Under the pieces are notes generated by a model. It had not been told where the DNA came from. It did not search any database and saw only the letters and a program-made list of their open reading frames with translations. A stretch of DNA of 64,000 nucleotides from an uncultured Planctomycetales bacterium (lineage in GTDB: Bacteria; Omnitrophota; Gorgyraeia; Gygaellales; Profunditerraquicolaceae): contig CAZJFL010000006.1 of NCBI GenBank assembly GCA_964545575.1, positions 25,721-89,720 on the forward strand, read 5' to 3'. Each line of letters opens with the position of its first letter. The stretch's first letter is position 1. Below are positions 7,573-15,285 of this stretch, in pieces. A program made the position numbers and the translations under genes.

Positions 7573-8790
7573 ATGTTAAAGTTTCCAGCTAACTTTCTCT
7601 GGGGCGCGGCGACTTCTGCCTATCAGGTAGAAGGTAGTAATACTAATAGCGACTGGTGGGAGTGGGAGAAGCGCACTGGCAGGGAATCTTCGGGTGATGC
7701 CTGCCGCCATTACGCACTCTACCGGCAGGATTTCGATTTAGCTAAAGCCCTTAACCATAATGCCCACCGTCTATCCCTGGAATGGAGCCGCATCGAGCCC
7801 GAAGAGGGCAAGTTTTCAGAGCAAGAGCTCAAACATTACAAAGATGTGATCTTAGCGCTTAAGGAGCGCGGCCTCCAACCTATTGTTACGCTGCATCATT
7901 TCAGCAACCCCATCTGGCTTACGCGTTTAGGCGGATGGGAGAATAAAAAAGCCGCGCAATATTTTTTGCGTTTTGTCGAGCGCGCGGTGAATGAATTAGC
8001 CGACCAGGTGCATTACTGGATTCCTATAAACGAACCGATGGTCTATGTGTATCATAGCTACATCGCCGGAGTCTGGCCGCCGCAGGAAAAATCATTCTCC
8101 AAAGCCAGGTTAGTGGAGAATAATTTAGCCGCCGCCCATCTTAAAGCATACAGGTTAATCCACGCCATTTATAAAAATAGAAAATTAAACCCTCCTTTGG
8201 TAGGTATCGCGCAAAACATGCAGGCGTTTATAGCTTGTCAGGCGACACTCAGGAATAAGCTGGCAGTGCGTTTAAGGGACAGGCTCTTTAACTTTGCTTT
8301 TATCGCCAGACTCACACAGAGGCGTGCCCTTGATTTTATCGGGGTTAATTATTATTCGCGCGGGCTGGTAGAAGTAAACCATTGGGGTTTTAAGCATCTC
8401 TTGCTGGATAATTGTAAGAATAATCACCTTCCGGTGCGTAAGAACTCTTTAGGGTGGGATATCTATCCGGCCGGCCTGTATGCGCTGCTTTTGAAACTAA
8501 AAAAATATAAACTCCCTATATTGATTTCAGAAAACGGCATCTGCACTGAAGACGATAATTTGCGCTGGGATTACATATCCGAACATTTAAAAAATATACA
8601 TTCGGCAATAGAAAAAGGGGTGCCGGTATTAGGTTACATTTATTGGTCGTTGATCGATAATTATGAATGGGATAAAGCCTTTACCCCGCGCTTCGGTATT
8701 ATCGCAGTGGATTATTCTACCTATAAACGCACGGTCAGGGAAAGCGGGAAAAAACTAGCCCTGGTCTGTCAGCATAACGCGCTGGATTAA
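7573..8790 (+). CDS. Glycoside hydrolase family 1 beta-glucosidase
   Basis: MLKFPANFLWGAATSAYQVEGS N-terminus, …NEP… acid/base motif and I(S/T)ENG nucleophile motif. The ORF track starts at 7549. The ATG at 7573 fits the family N-terminus and follows a TGtTATAAT element at 7557-7565. Confidence 0.85.
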   Translation: MLKFPANFLWGAATSAYQVEGSNTNSDWWEWEKRTGRESSGDACRHYALYRQDFDLAKALNHNAHRLSLEWSRIEPEEGKFSEQELKHYKDVILALKERGLQPIVTLHHFSNPIWLTRLGGWENKKAAQYFLRFVERAVNELADQVHYWIPINEPMVYVYHSYIAGVWPPQEKSFSKARLVENNLAAAHLKAYRLIHAIYKNRKLNPPLVGIAQNMQAFIACQATLRNKLAVRLRDRLFNFAFIARLTQRRALDFIGVNYYSRGLVEVNHWGFKHLLLDNCKNNHLPVRKNSLGWDIYPAGLYALLLKLKKYKLPILISENGICTEDDNLRWDYISEHLKNIHSAIEKGVPVLGYIYWSLIDNYEWDKAFTPRFGIIAVDYSTYKRTVRESGKKLALVCQHNALD

Positions 8791-10806
8791 ATGGAGCTGA
8801 TTAACAAAGACTTAATTTTAAAAGAAATGCCGTTGTTCGCCGGCCTCACTGCCGAAGAGCGCCGGATCATCAAAGGCAAATGCTCCTTAAGAGACTATAA
8901 AAAAGGCGAAGTCATTTACAAGGAAGGCTCTCCTGCGGATGCGTTTTATTGCGTGGTCCTCGGCCGAGTGGTCATTTATGCCCGGGACAGAGACGGACAG
9001 GAAAAAATCCTGGAATACCTGCACCGCGGAAAATACTTCGGCATTATTTCTCTCCTTACCGGAGAGACGCATTCCGTGACTGCCGAGACTATAAACGACT
9101 GCCTGCTTCTGGTGATTGAGAAAAAGGACTTCGATTATGTCTTAAACAAGGCCCCGCGCTTAGCCATTGACTTAAGCCAGACCCTTTCCCGCAGGCTCAA
9201 ACGTAAAGATATCCACCAGAAGACAATCTTTGAAAGTACGGTGATTTCAGTATTCAGCTCTTATTCCCAAGCGGGTAAAACCGTTTACGCGATGAATCTC
9301 GCCCTGAGCCTGCGCAAAGAGACGCAGAAGAGCCTGGTGATACTGGGTATCCTGCCGCAGGATAAAATCCATAGCCTGCCTAAAAGGCTGGAGAGCGCAG
9401 GAGATTACCGGGTCTTTGATTTATCTTCTTCGGCCGCCAGCACCTCAAGGATTAAAGATTTTATTTTAAAAAACAGGTTTGCGGTAGATTTAATCTGCTT
9501 AAGCTATAACCCCGAAGATTATTCCTGCGTCAGGAAGCTGGTTGAGATTTTAAGCCTCCTGGTGAATGATTACCATTACCTGATTTTAGACCTGCCTTCC
9601 TCGATGGACAGGCCGGTTTTTAGCATCTTGAACCAATCCGATTTGATCTATATGCTGACCGGCCCGGAGCCGGTAGATTTGAAGCGTACCCAGCACCTGA
9701 TAGCAAAACTTAAGAAAGAGTTTCATTTTCAGGAAAGCAAGATCAGGGTGGTGATCAACGAATATAAACTTTCCAAGCTTAGCCACGAGGAGCTGATCGG
9801 GCTATTGAAGCAAAATATTTCGGCTACTTTGCCGAGAATAGAATTTGGCGCCGGGGACAGGTTGATTTTGGATAATCCTGATTGCGAATACTCCAAAGCA
9901 GTCAGGCGCATCGCGCGCCAGATCGGCGATTGCCAGGTAGGCCTGGTGCTCGGCGTGGGGGTAGCTTACGGTTTCTGCCATATCGGGGTATTAAAGGTAA
10001 TCGAGGAAGAAAAAATCCCCGTTGACGTCATTTGCGGTTCCAGTATCGGAGCCCTGATTGCCAGCCTCTGGGCAACCGGAAAATCCGCCCCGGAGATCCT
10101 TGAAATCACTAAAGAGTTTAAGGAGGCAAAATCCATGTGGGGGATGGTGGACTTGACTTTCCCGCTCCTGGGCTTTATCAAAGGCAACAAGCTCCATAAT
10201 TTCCTGAAAAAATATTTGGGCAATAAGACCTTCTATGAGGTTAAGCTTCCCTTAAAGATAATTGCCAGCGACGTAAAAAGAAAAGAGCCGCGCGTCCTGG
10301 ACAAAGGCTTAATCGCGGATGCGATCATGGCCAGCTGTGCCATGCCCGGGGTGTTTGCGCCTTTTAAGTTCAGGGAAGAGATACTTTTTGACGGCGGCAT
10401 CATCAACCCTTTGCCGACTGAACCTTTATTTAAGATGGGGGTTAAAAAGATTATCGCCGTCAATGTCACGCCTTCCCGTCAGGATATCATGCGCCAGTAT
10501 GATTTGCTGAAAGAAAAAATTACGGTTACGATCCCCGAGAGCATCAAGAAGAAAAAGTGGTTTAGCTTACGGCAGTACCTGAAGGATATATTTAAGAATA
10601 ATATCCTGGATATCATTTTTAGTAGCGTCGAAATATTGCAGTCGGAAGTAGCCCAGAAAGAAGCGCAACTGGCAGATGTAGTCCTGCATCCGGACACCGC
10701 CGGTTTATTTTGGCTGGATTTACACAAGGCAGAGGAGTTTGCCAAAAGGGGAGAAACAGAGGCGCGCCGGAACCTGGATAAAATCAAGCAGTTGGTTAAT
10801 GATTAA
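8791..10806 (+). CDS. Three-domain protein: cNMP-binding (CAP_ED) + degenerate ParA/MinD-like domain + patatin-like phospholipase (NTE-like)
   Basis: The N-terminus has the cNMP-binding beta-roll (…FGIISLLTGETHSVTAETI…). The middle has a deviant P-loop (SSYSQAGKT). The C-terminal half has the patatin motifs GxGxxG (GVGVAYGF) and GxSxG (GSSIG), with a DGG. The start overlaps the GH1 stop (TAAATG). Confidence 0.8.
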   Translation: MELINKDLILKEMPLFAGLTAEERRIIKGKCSLRDYKKGEVIYKEGSPADAFYCVVLGRVVIYARDRDGQEKILEYLHRGKYFGIISLLTGETHSVTAETINDCLLLVIEKKDFDYVLNKAPRLAIDLSQTLSRRLKRKDIHQKTIFESTVISVFSSYSQAGKTVYAMNLALSLRKETQKSLVILGILPQDKIHSLPKRLESAGDYRVFDLSSSAASTSRIKDFILKNRFAVDLICLSYNPEDYSCVRKLVEILSLLVNDYHYLILDLPSSMDRPVFSILNQSDLIYMLTGPEPVDLKRTQHLIAKLKKEFHFQESKIRVVINEYKLSKLSHEELIGLLKQNISATLPRIEFGAGDRLILDNPDCEYSKAVRRIARQIGDCQVGLVLGVGVAYGFCHIGVLKVIEEEKIPVDVICGSSIGALIASLWATGKSAPEILEITKEFKEAKSMWGMVDLTFPLLGFIKGNKLHNFLKKYLGNKTFYEVKLPLKIIASDVKRKEPRVLDKGLIADAIMASCAMPGVFAPFKFREEILFDGGIINPLPTEPLFKMGVKKIIAVNVTPSRQDIMRQYDLLKEKITVTIPESIKKKKWFSLRQYLKDIFKNNILDIIFSSVEILQSEVAQKEAQLADVVLHPDTAGLFWLDLHKAEEFAKRGETEARRNLDKIKQLVND

Positions 10807-11018
10807 GTGAGGGCATAAGTTATGCCTGCCTGACCGGTGAGGCAGGGAGGTAGCTATTAGTTGGCTAACCGTCATAACTTATGTGCCCGAACTTACACCG
10901 CACCTTTTAAATATTCAAAAATACTTTAATAAAAAGGTGCGGTGTTAATTCGCGCAAATAACTTACGTCGCTCTTTCAGAGCTTCCGTAAGTTATGCGCT
11001 CATTAAAAGGAGAGGAAG
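10807..11018 (+). repeat. Family-1 structured intergenic element, copy A (three stem-loops)
   Basis: Starts GTGAGGGCATAAGTTATGCC right after the stop codon. SL1 is GGGCATAAGTTATG…CATAACTTATGTGCCC. SL2 is CACCGCACCTTTTA…TAAAAGGTGCGGTG. SL3 is GCGCAAATAACTTACG…CGTAAGTTATGCGC. It ends GCTCATTAAAAGGAG + ATG. Homologous modules lie at 13575, 29472, 30881 and 38930. Confidence 0.55.
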
Positions 11019-11411
11019 ATGAAAACAAAGATTTTAATTCTGGCATCGCTCATTTTGGTCACCGGTTGCGCATCCTTAAAAGAAGGCATCAAAGGGTTAG
11101 CCGGGGTGTCGACTAAGGCGCTGGAAGAGAACAGAAAGACCGCCATAGTCAAAGTGTTTGATATGGATTATTTTAACTGCTACATTAGGGCGTTGGATAG
11201 CTTGAAGAAAATGGGCGCTTATATTTACGCGCAGGATATAAAGAAGTATATGATCGCTATCTATGTATCTGAAAGCGATACTACTCCGGTAGGCGTATTT
11301 TTTAAAGAAGTAATCCGGAACGCTACGCAAGTGGAAGTTTCCTCTCCTAGCTCTTATGCCAAAGAGGTTATTGCCGCAAAATTATTTTCTGCTTTAGAAG
11401 GCAAAAATTAA
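11019..11411 (+). CDS. Lipoprotein of unknown function
   Basis: Signal peptide with lipobox LVTG-C. Strong RBS AAAGGAGAGG. No recognisable catalytic motif. Confidence 0.5.
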   Translation: MKTKILILASLILVTGCASLKEGIKGLAGVSTKALEENRKTAIVKVFDMDYFNCYIRALDSLKKMGAYIYAQDIKKYMIAIYVSESDTTPVGVFFKEVIRNATQVEVSSPSSYAKEVIAAKLFSALEGKN

Positions 11412-11420
11412 AGGAATAAT

Positions 11421-12989
11421 TTGATGCCGCAGAAAAAAAGAGATAGCTGGGGTTCGCGCTTGGGGATTATTATGGCGGTTGCCGGTTCTGCAATCGGGCT
11501 GGGAAATTTCTTGAGGTTCCCTGCCAAAGCCGCCTCTAACGGCGGTGGCGCCTTTATGATCCCTTATTTTATTTCTTTATTTCTCTTAGGCATACCGCTG
11601 ATGTGGATTGAGTGGACTTTAGGTCGTTACGGAGGAGGTTTTGAACACGGGACCGCCCCTGGGATATTCCATAGCATCTGGCAGAAGAACCGTTTTATCA
11701 AATATTTCGGCGTCATCGGTATCTTCGGGCCGCTGGTAATTTTTATTTATTATACCTATATCGAATCCTGGACGCTGGCTTATAGTTTTTTTGCCCTGGC
11801 GGGGAAATTTTCCGGCATAGGCGATCAGGCCACCATGAAGAGTTTCTTAAGCGGTTTTCAGGGCCTGGAGAGCAATCATTTTTTTAACGGGATCGGGGCG
11901 GCATACTTCTTTTTTATCCTCACATTTCTGGTGAATACCTGGGTGATTTATTACGGCATAAAAGGCGGGATAGAAAAACTTTGCAAATGGGCGATGCCGC
12001 TTTTATTTGCCTGCGGTTTATTATTGTTAATCAGGGTTATAACTTTGGGCACTCCGGATTTGACTAAACCGGGATGGAATATAGCCAGTGGCTTTGGCTT
12101 CTTATGGAACCCGGATTTTTCCGCCCTAAAGTCAGCAAAGGTGTGGCTGGAGGCAGCCGGACAGATATTTTTTACTTTAAGCATCGGCATCGGAGTAATC
12201 CTTACTTACGCCAGCTATTTATCCAAGGGTGATGACGTAGTGCTTTCGGGATTGACCGCTTCCGCTACAAATGAGTTTGCCGAGATTATCTTAGGCGGAA
12301 GTATTGTGATCCCGGCGGCATTTGTTTTTTTCGGGCCCATAGACATCCAGTCAATTGCGCGCTCCGGCGTATTCAACCTAGGATTTGTAACCATGCCTTT
12401 AGTTTTAAATAAACTGCCCTGGGCGGCGATATTCGGTTTTAGCTGGTTTTTCCTCTTATTTTTGGCAGGTATAACCTCTTCGATTTCTTTGGCCCAGCCG
12501 GCAGTGGCATTCTTAGAAGACGAATTTAACCTCAACCGTAAAAAAGCGGTCTTGATATTTGCGGTGATTTCCTTTATACTATGTCAACCGGCAATATTTT
12601 GCCTTAAGAACGGCGTGGTGGATGAATTAGACTTCTGGGGCGGGACTTTTTGCCTGGTGCTCTTTGGCACTATCGAGACAATTCTTTTTGCCTGGGTTTT
12701 TGGCATGGAGAAGGCCTGGGATGAGATACATAAGGGCGCGGATATGCGGGTGCCTAAGGTTTATAAATTTATTATTAAGTATATCACGCCTTTATTTCTG
12801 TTTTTTATCTTAGGGATGTGGTTCTGGCAGGAGTGGCTGCCGGTAATCTTGATGAAAAAAGTTTCGGCAGCGAATCAGCCTTTTATCCTCGGCACAAGAT
12901 TGGGGTTATTACTTATGTTTTTGACGCTGGCGTTGCTGGTCAAGGTCGCCTGGCGCCATAAGCGCAAAGTTAAAGAGATGCCGGTATGA
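11421..12989 (+). CDS. Sodium-dependent transporter, neurotransmitter:sodium symporter (NSS/SNF) family
   Basis: N-terminal GSRLGIIMAVAGSAIGLGNFLRFP signature of LeuT-like transporters. About 12 TM segments, 522 aa. Confidence 0.9.
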   Translation: MMPQKKRDSWGSRLGIIMAVAGSAIGLGNFLRFPAKAASNGGGAFMIPYFISLFLLGIPLMWIEWTLGRYGGGFEHGTAPGIFHSIWQKNRFIKYFGVIGIFGPLVIFIYYTYIESWTLAYSFFALAGKFSGIGDQATMKSFLSGFQGLESNHFFNGIGAAYFFFILTFLVNTWVIYYGIKGGIEKLCKWAMPLLFACGLLLLIRVITLGTPDLTKPGWNIASGFGFLWNPDFSALKSAKVWLEAAGQIFFTLSIGIGVILTYASYLSKGDDVVLSGLTASATNEFAEIILGGSIVIPAAFVFFGPIDIQSIARSGVFNLGFVTMPLVLNKLPWAAIFGFSWFFLLFLAGITSSISLAQPAVAFLEDEFNLNRKKAVLIFAVISFILCQPAIFCLKNGVVDELDFWGGTFCLVLFGTIETILFAWVFGMEKAWDEIHKGADMRVPKVYKFIIKYITPLFLFFILGMWFWQEWLPVILMKKVSAANQPFILGTRLGLLLMFLTLALLVKVAWRHKRKVKEMPV

Positions 12990-13055
12990 AAGCCGGAGGG
13001 CTGTACTTTGGCTGGCCGTATTTTGGTTTATAAAAGTTTTTTCCAAAAAGGAGTT

Positions 13056-13448
13056 GCAATGAAAAAAGGGATGGCTTTTTTATTTTCTCTTCCTATAATA
13101 ATGATAATTATTTCGGGATGCCTTCCTGCAATTATTGTCGGTGGTGCGGTAGGGGCAGTGGGAGGTTATGCGGTAAGCAGGGATACCATACAGGGAGAGA
13201 CAGATAAGCCCTATGAGGTGCTTTGGAATTCAGCCACCACCGTTGCCCGGATCCGCGGCAAGCTAAAGTCAGAGGATGCGATCAAGGGCCGTATTGAATT
13301 GGAAGCGGAATCAAGCCGTGTGTATATCAGCCTGGATAGATTGACGCAGTCCACTACCAGAGTGAGAGTTTCTGCGCGCAAATACCATCTGCCGAATATC
13401 GCCCTTGCGCAGGATATCTTTGTCAAGGTAATGGAAGGAATACGCTAG
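13056..13448 (+). CDS. Small lipoprotein with glycine-zipper segment
   Basis: ATG at 13056 preceded by AAGGAG. Lipobox ISG-C. GGAVGAVGG glycine zipper. The ORF track offers 13008 as an alternative start. Confidence 0.5.
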   Translation, partial: AMKKGMAFLFSLPIIMIIISGCLPAIIVGGAVGAVGGYAVSRDTIQGETDKPYEVLWNSATTVARIRGKLKSEDAIKGRIELEAESSRVYISLDRLTQSTTRVRVSARKYHLPNIALAQDIFVKVMEGIR

Positions 13449-13460
13449 CCGAGGTAGCTC
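13447..13460 (+). repeat. 14-nt duplicate of the tRNA-Phe 5' end (AGCCGAGGTAGCTC)
   Basis: Identical to 13501-13514, 40 nt upstream of the intact tRNA. It overlaps the lipoprotein stop codon and is followed by the hairpin TCCGCCA-caaaaca-TGGCGGA. Confidence 0.5.
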
Positions 13461-13501
13461 TCCGCCACAAAACATGGCGGATTCGCCGATAAAAAAATTT
13501 A

Positions 13502-13573
13502 GCCGAGGTAGCTCAGTGGTAGAGCGCGGCCCTGAAAAGGCCGGCGTGGGGGGTCCGATTCCCTCCCTCGGCA
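13502..13573 (+). tRNA. tRNA-Phe (anticodon GAA)
   Basis: Hand-folded cloverleaf. Acceptor GCCGAGG/CCTCGGC, D-arm GCTC-AGTGGTA-GAGC, anticodon stem CGGCC/GGCCG with loop CTGAAAA, T-arm GGGGG-TCCGATT-CCCTC. No encoded CCA. Confidence 0.85.
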
Positions 13574-13574
13574 T

Positions 13575-13625
13575 AAATGAGCAGACGGCTTACGGAGCGA
13601 AAGCGACGTAAGCCGTAGCTGTTTT
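13575..13625 (-). repeat. Family-1 element fragment (copy D, inverted module)
   Basis: AATGAGCAGACGGCTTACGGAGCgaaagCGACGTAAGCCG is the reverse-orientation counterpart of the 3' module of copies B and C (…CCGTAAATTGTCTGCTCATT). Confidence 0.4.
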
Positions 13626-13667
13626 ATATACTGGCAACCAGCGTCTGCGAATTTATCCCGAGCCTAT

Positions 13668-13696
13668 GCCAAAAATTTTATTCTAAAATTTTTGGC
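13668..13696. repeat. Perfect palindrome GCCAAAAATTTTA-ttc-TAAAATTTTTGGC
   Basis: 13-nt arms with a 3-nt spacer. Confidence 0.6.
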
Positions 13697-13841
13697 AATG
13701 TTTAGGCGAGGGACATATATACAATTTCCAACCTATTATTCCGCAATAAATTACAATCTCCCGGTAACAATCTAGTATCTCTGGTGCCCAAATTGCGCCC
13801 ATCGCAATAATAGTAGAGCTTCTTTTTTAGTTTCGGATATT

Positions 13842-13857
13842 AAATTGCTTACCATTT
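13842..13857 (+). promoter_or_regulatory. Islet promoter/operator motif, copy 1 (AAATTGCTTACCATTT, then TATAAT 17 nt after TTACCA)
   Basis: One of three copies of TAAATTGCTTRCAATTTTG. TATAAT at 13880-13885. Precedes the 32-aa peptide ORF. Confidence 0.45.
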
Positions 13858-13896
13858 TGAGATGGAAGTGGTATAATTATAAAAAAAGAGGAGAAA

Positions 13897-13995
13897 TGAA
13901 AATAGCCATAGTAATTATAATAGTATTGGTAGTTGTTTTATTATTGTGCAAGAAGTTCTGTAAATCTTGTTGCAAAACCGATAAGAAAGAATAAA
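13897..13995 (+). CDS. Hypothetical 32-aa hydrophobic Cys-rich peptide (MKIAIVIIIVLVVVLLLCKKFCKSCCKTDKKE)
   Basis: Not in the ORF track because it is shorter than 60 aa. RBS AAGAGGAG 6 nt upstream. Preceded by motif copy 1 and a -10. One TM helix plus a CxxCC tail. Confidence 0.3.
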
Positions 13996-14172
13996 TAAGG
14001 TAACTATCCTTGGGAGCTGGAATACTCACCCGCCTCAAAGTAAAGGAACCGCTTAAGTAACCTAGCCCAGCCCCCATTTTTTCAATTCTTATAACTCGTT
14101 TTAATCGCAATAATTATATATATCTTTGTGATACTCTACAGATAAAAAAATAGAGAGGGGGCTTGAAGGCAG

Positions 14173-14364
14173 TTATTTAGGCGGTTCGTATTCCTCGTAA
14201 ATATCTTTTTTCATCTTTATTGTTTCTTTTAATCTGAATACCTCCTCGTCAAGTATATTTGTTTTGCTCCTTATTTTGGTTATTTCTTCAGTAATTAGCC
14301 GGTAACGGATTTCAAAACCCAAAAGAATAGCTAAAATGCATATAATGACAAATATCACATTCAT
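14173..14364 (-). CDS. Small membrane protein (N-terminal TM helix + coiled-coil)
   Basis: AGGAGG RBS on the minus strand (GAAAAGGAGGCGGTATG). 63 aa. Confidence 0.45.
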   Translation of the reverse strand: MNVIFVIICILAILLGFEIRYRLITEEITKIRSKTNILDEEVFRLKETIKMKKDIYEEYEPPK

Positions 14365-14498
14365 ACCGCCTCCTTTTCTTTAATTATATCATTAAAAATA
14401 AACAGATAAAAATAATTATATTATGAGGAAACTGCCTAATTTTCTCTTGCCAAATCCCCCCCCAGCCACCCCTTGTTATAACCATAAACCCGCTCGCT

Positions 14499-14514
14499 AA
14501 ATTGCTTGCAATTT
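14499..14514. promoter_or_regulatory. Islet palindromic motif, copy 2 (AAATTGCTTGCAATTT)
   Basis: Near-perfect 6-4-6 palindrome between divergent genes 14364(-) and 14735(+). Confidence 0.45.
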
Positions 14515-14734
14515 TGGAATTAAAGTAGGACAATTCTATTATAAAAAGGAGGGAGGTTATTAAGCCGAAGTGGCTAGAAAATGCGGCTGCTCTCTCTTAA
14601 GAACTGGTACAACTTATAGGGGCAGGTCATTATAACATTTCTTATTACATATGGTTACATAAACTGTCTAGTGTTTTGTGCCTACTGTTTTACTTCCCAT
14701 TTGCAAAATAGATTGATAAAAGGGAGATAATGCG

Positions 14735-15121
14735 ATGGCAAAGTACAGCGTGTTTTTTACGGGGGTGTGTATAGCGGCTTTGGGTATTTTGTTTCTGGGG
14801 CAGAATATATGCAATGCTTCATGTGAAGAGGAGTGCAAAGTTTCTAAGAGCTGCCTGAGTTATTCCGACTGTAATACCGCTCATGTGCAGTGCCTGGCTG
14901 CCTGCAAGGAAAAGGAAGCTTGGGATTTTGCGTCGAAGTCATACGAGAAAACTGTCGAGATCCAATCAAAGCTGATTGAGCATCTAGAAGGCCAGAATGT
15001 CGCTCTTGAAAGACTGCTTACGCTTATCGACTCTCTTATTACAAAAATCACCAAGATGAACTCGGAAAGCGAAGCCGGGCAGCAGCAAGGGCAAATTCAG
15101 GTAGAGCTGAATAAAGAATAA
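14735..15121 (+). CDS. Secreted/membrane-anchored Cys-rich coiled-coil protein (8 Cys in CxxxC-type spacing)
   Basis: N-terminal hydrophobic segment, then CNASCEEECKVSKSCLSYSDCNTAHVQCLAAC, then a heptad-like C-terminus. RBS GGGAGA. Confidence 0.5.
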   Translation: MAKYSVFFTGVCIAALGILFLGQNICNASCEEECKVSKSCLSYSDCNTAHVQCLAACKEKEAWDFASKSYEKTVEIQSKLIEHLEGQNVALERLLTLIDSLITKITKMNSESEAGQQQGQIQVELNKE

Positions 15122-15206
15122 AAGTAGGATATTTTTAGACAGGGGATGTTCCTCGGATGGGCACTCTATTTATGTAAAGAAGGTAGATAGTTTATATAAC
15201 TCACTA

Positions 15207-15222
15207 AATTGCTTACAATTTT
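15207..15222 (+). promoter_or_regulatory. Islet promoter/operator motif, copy 3 (AAATTGCTTACAATTT; TTACAA-17-TATAAT)
   Basis: -10 TATAAT at 15236-15241. Precedes the OMP gene. Confidence 0.5.
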
Positions 15223-15285
15223 GAAAAGAAAGCGGTATAATAAAATAATAAAGAATCAATTAAAGAGAAAAAAGGATGGTGGCTG

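Noticed and set aside
8791-10806. CBASS (CapV-like) or Pycsar effector interpretation of the cNMP-binding/patatin protein
   Set aside because: There is no cGAS/DncV-like nucleotidyltransferase or pyrimidine cyclase in the neighbourhood. The flanking genes are a GH1 glycosidase and a lipoprotein. The architecture fits NTE-like lipases better.
13877-14110. 77-aa minus-strand ORF overlapping the small Cys-rich peptide gene
   Set aside because: There is no RBS. A promoter, motif and RBS support the plus-strand peptide ORF instead. Kept only as an alternative.
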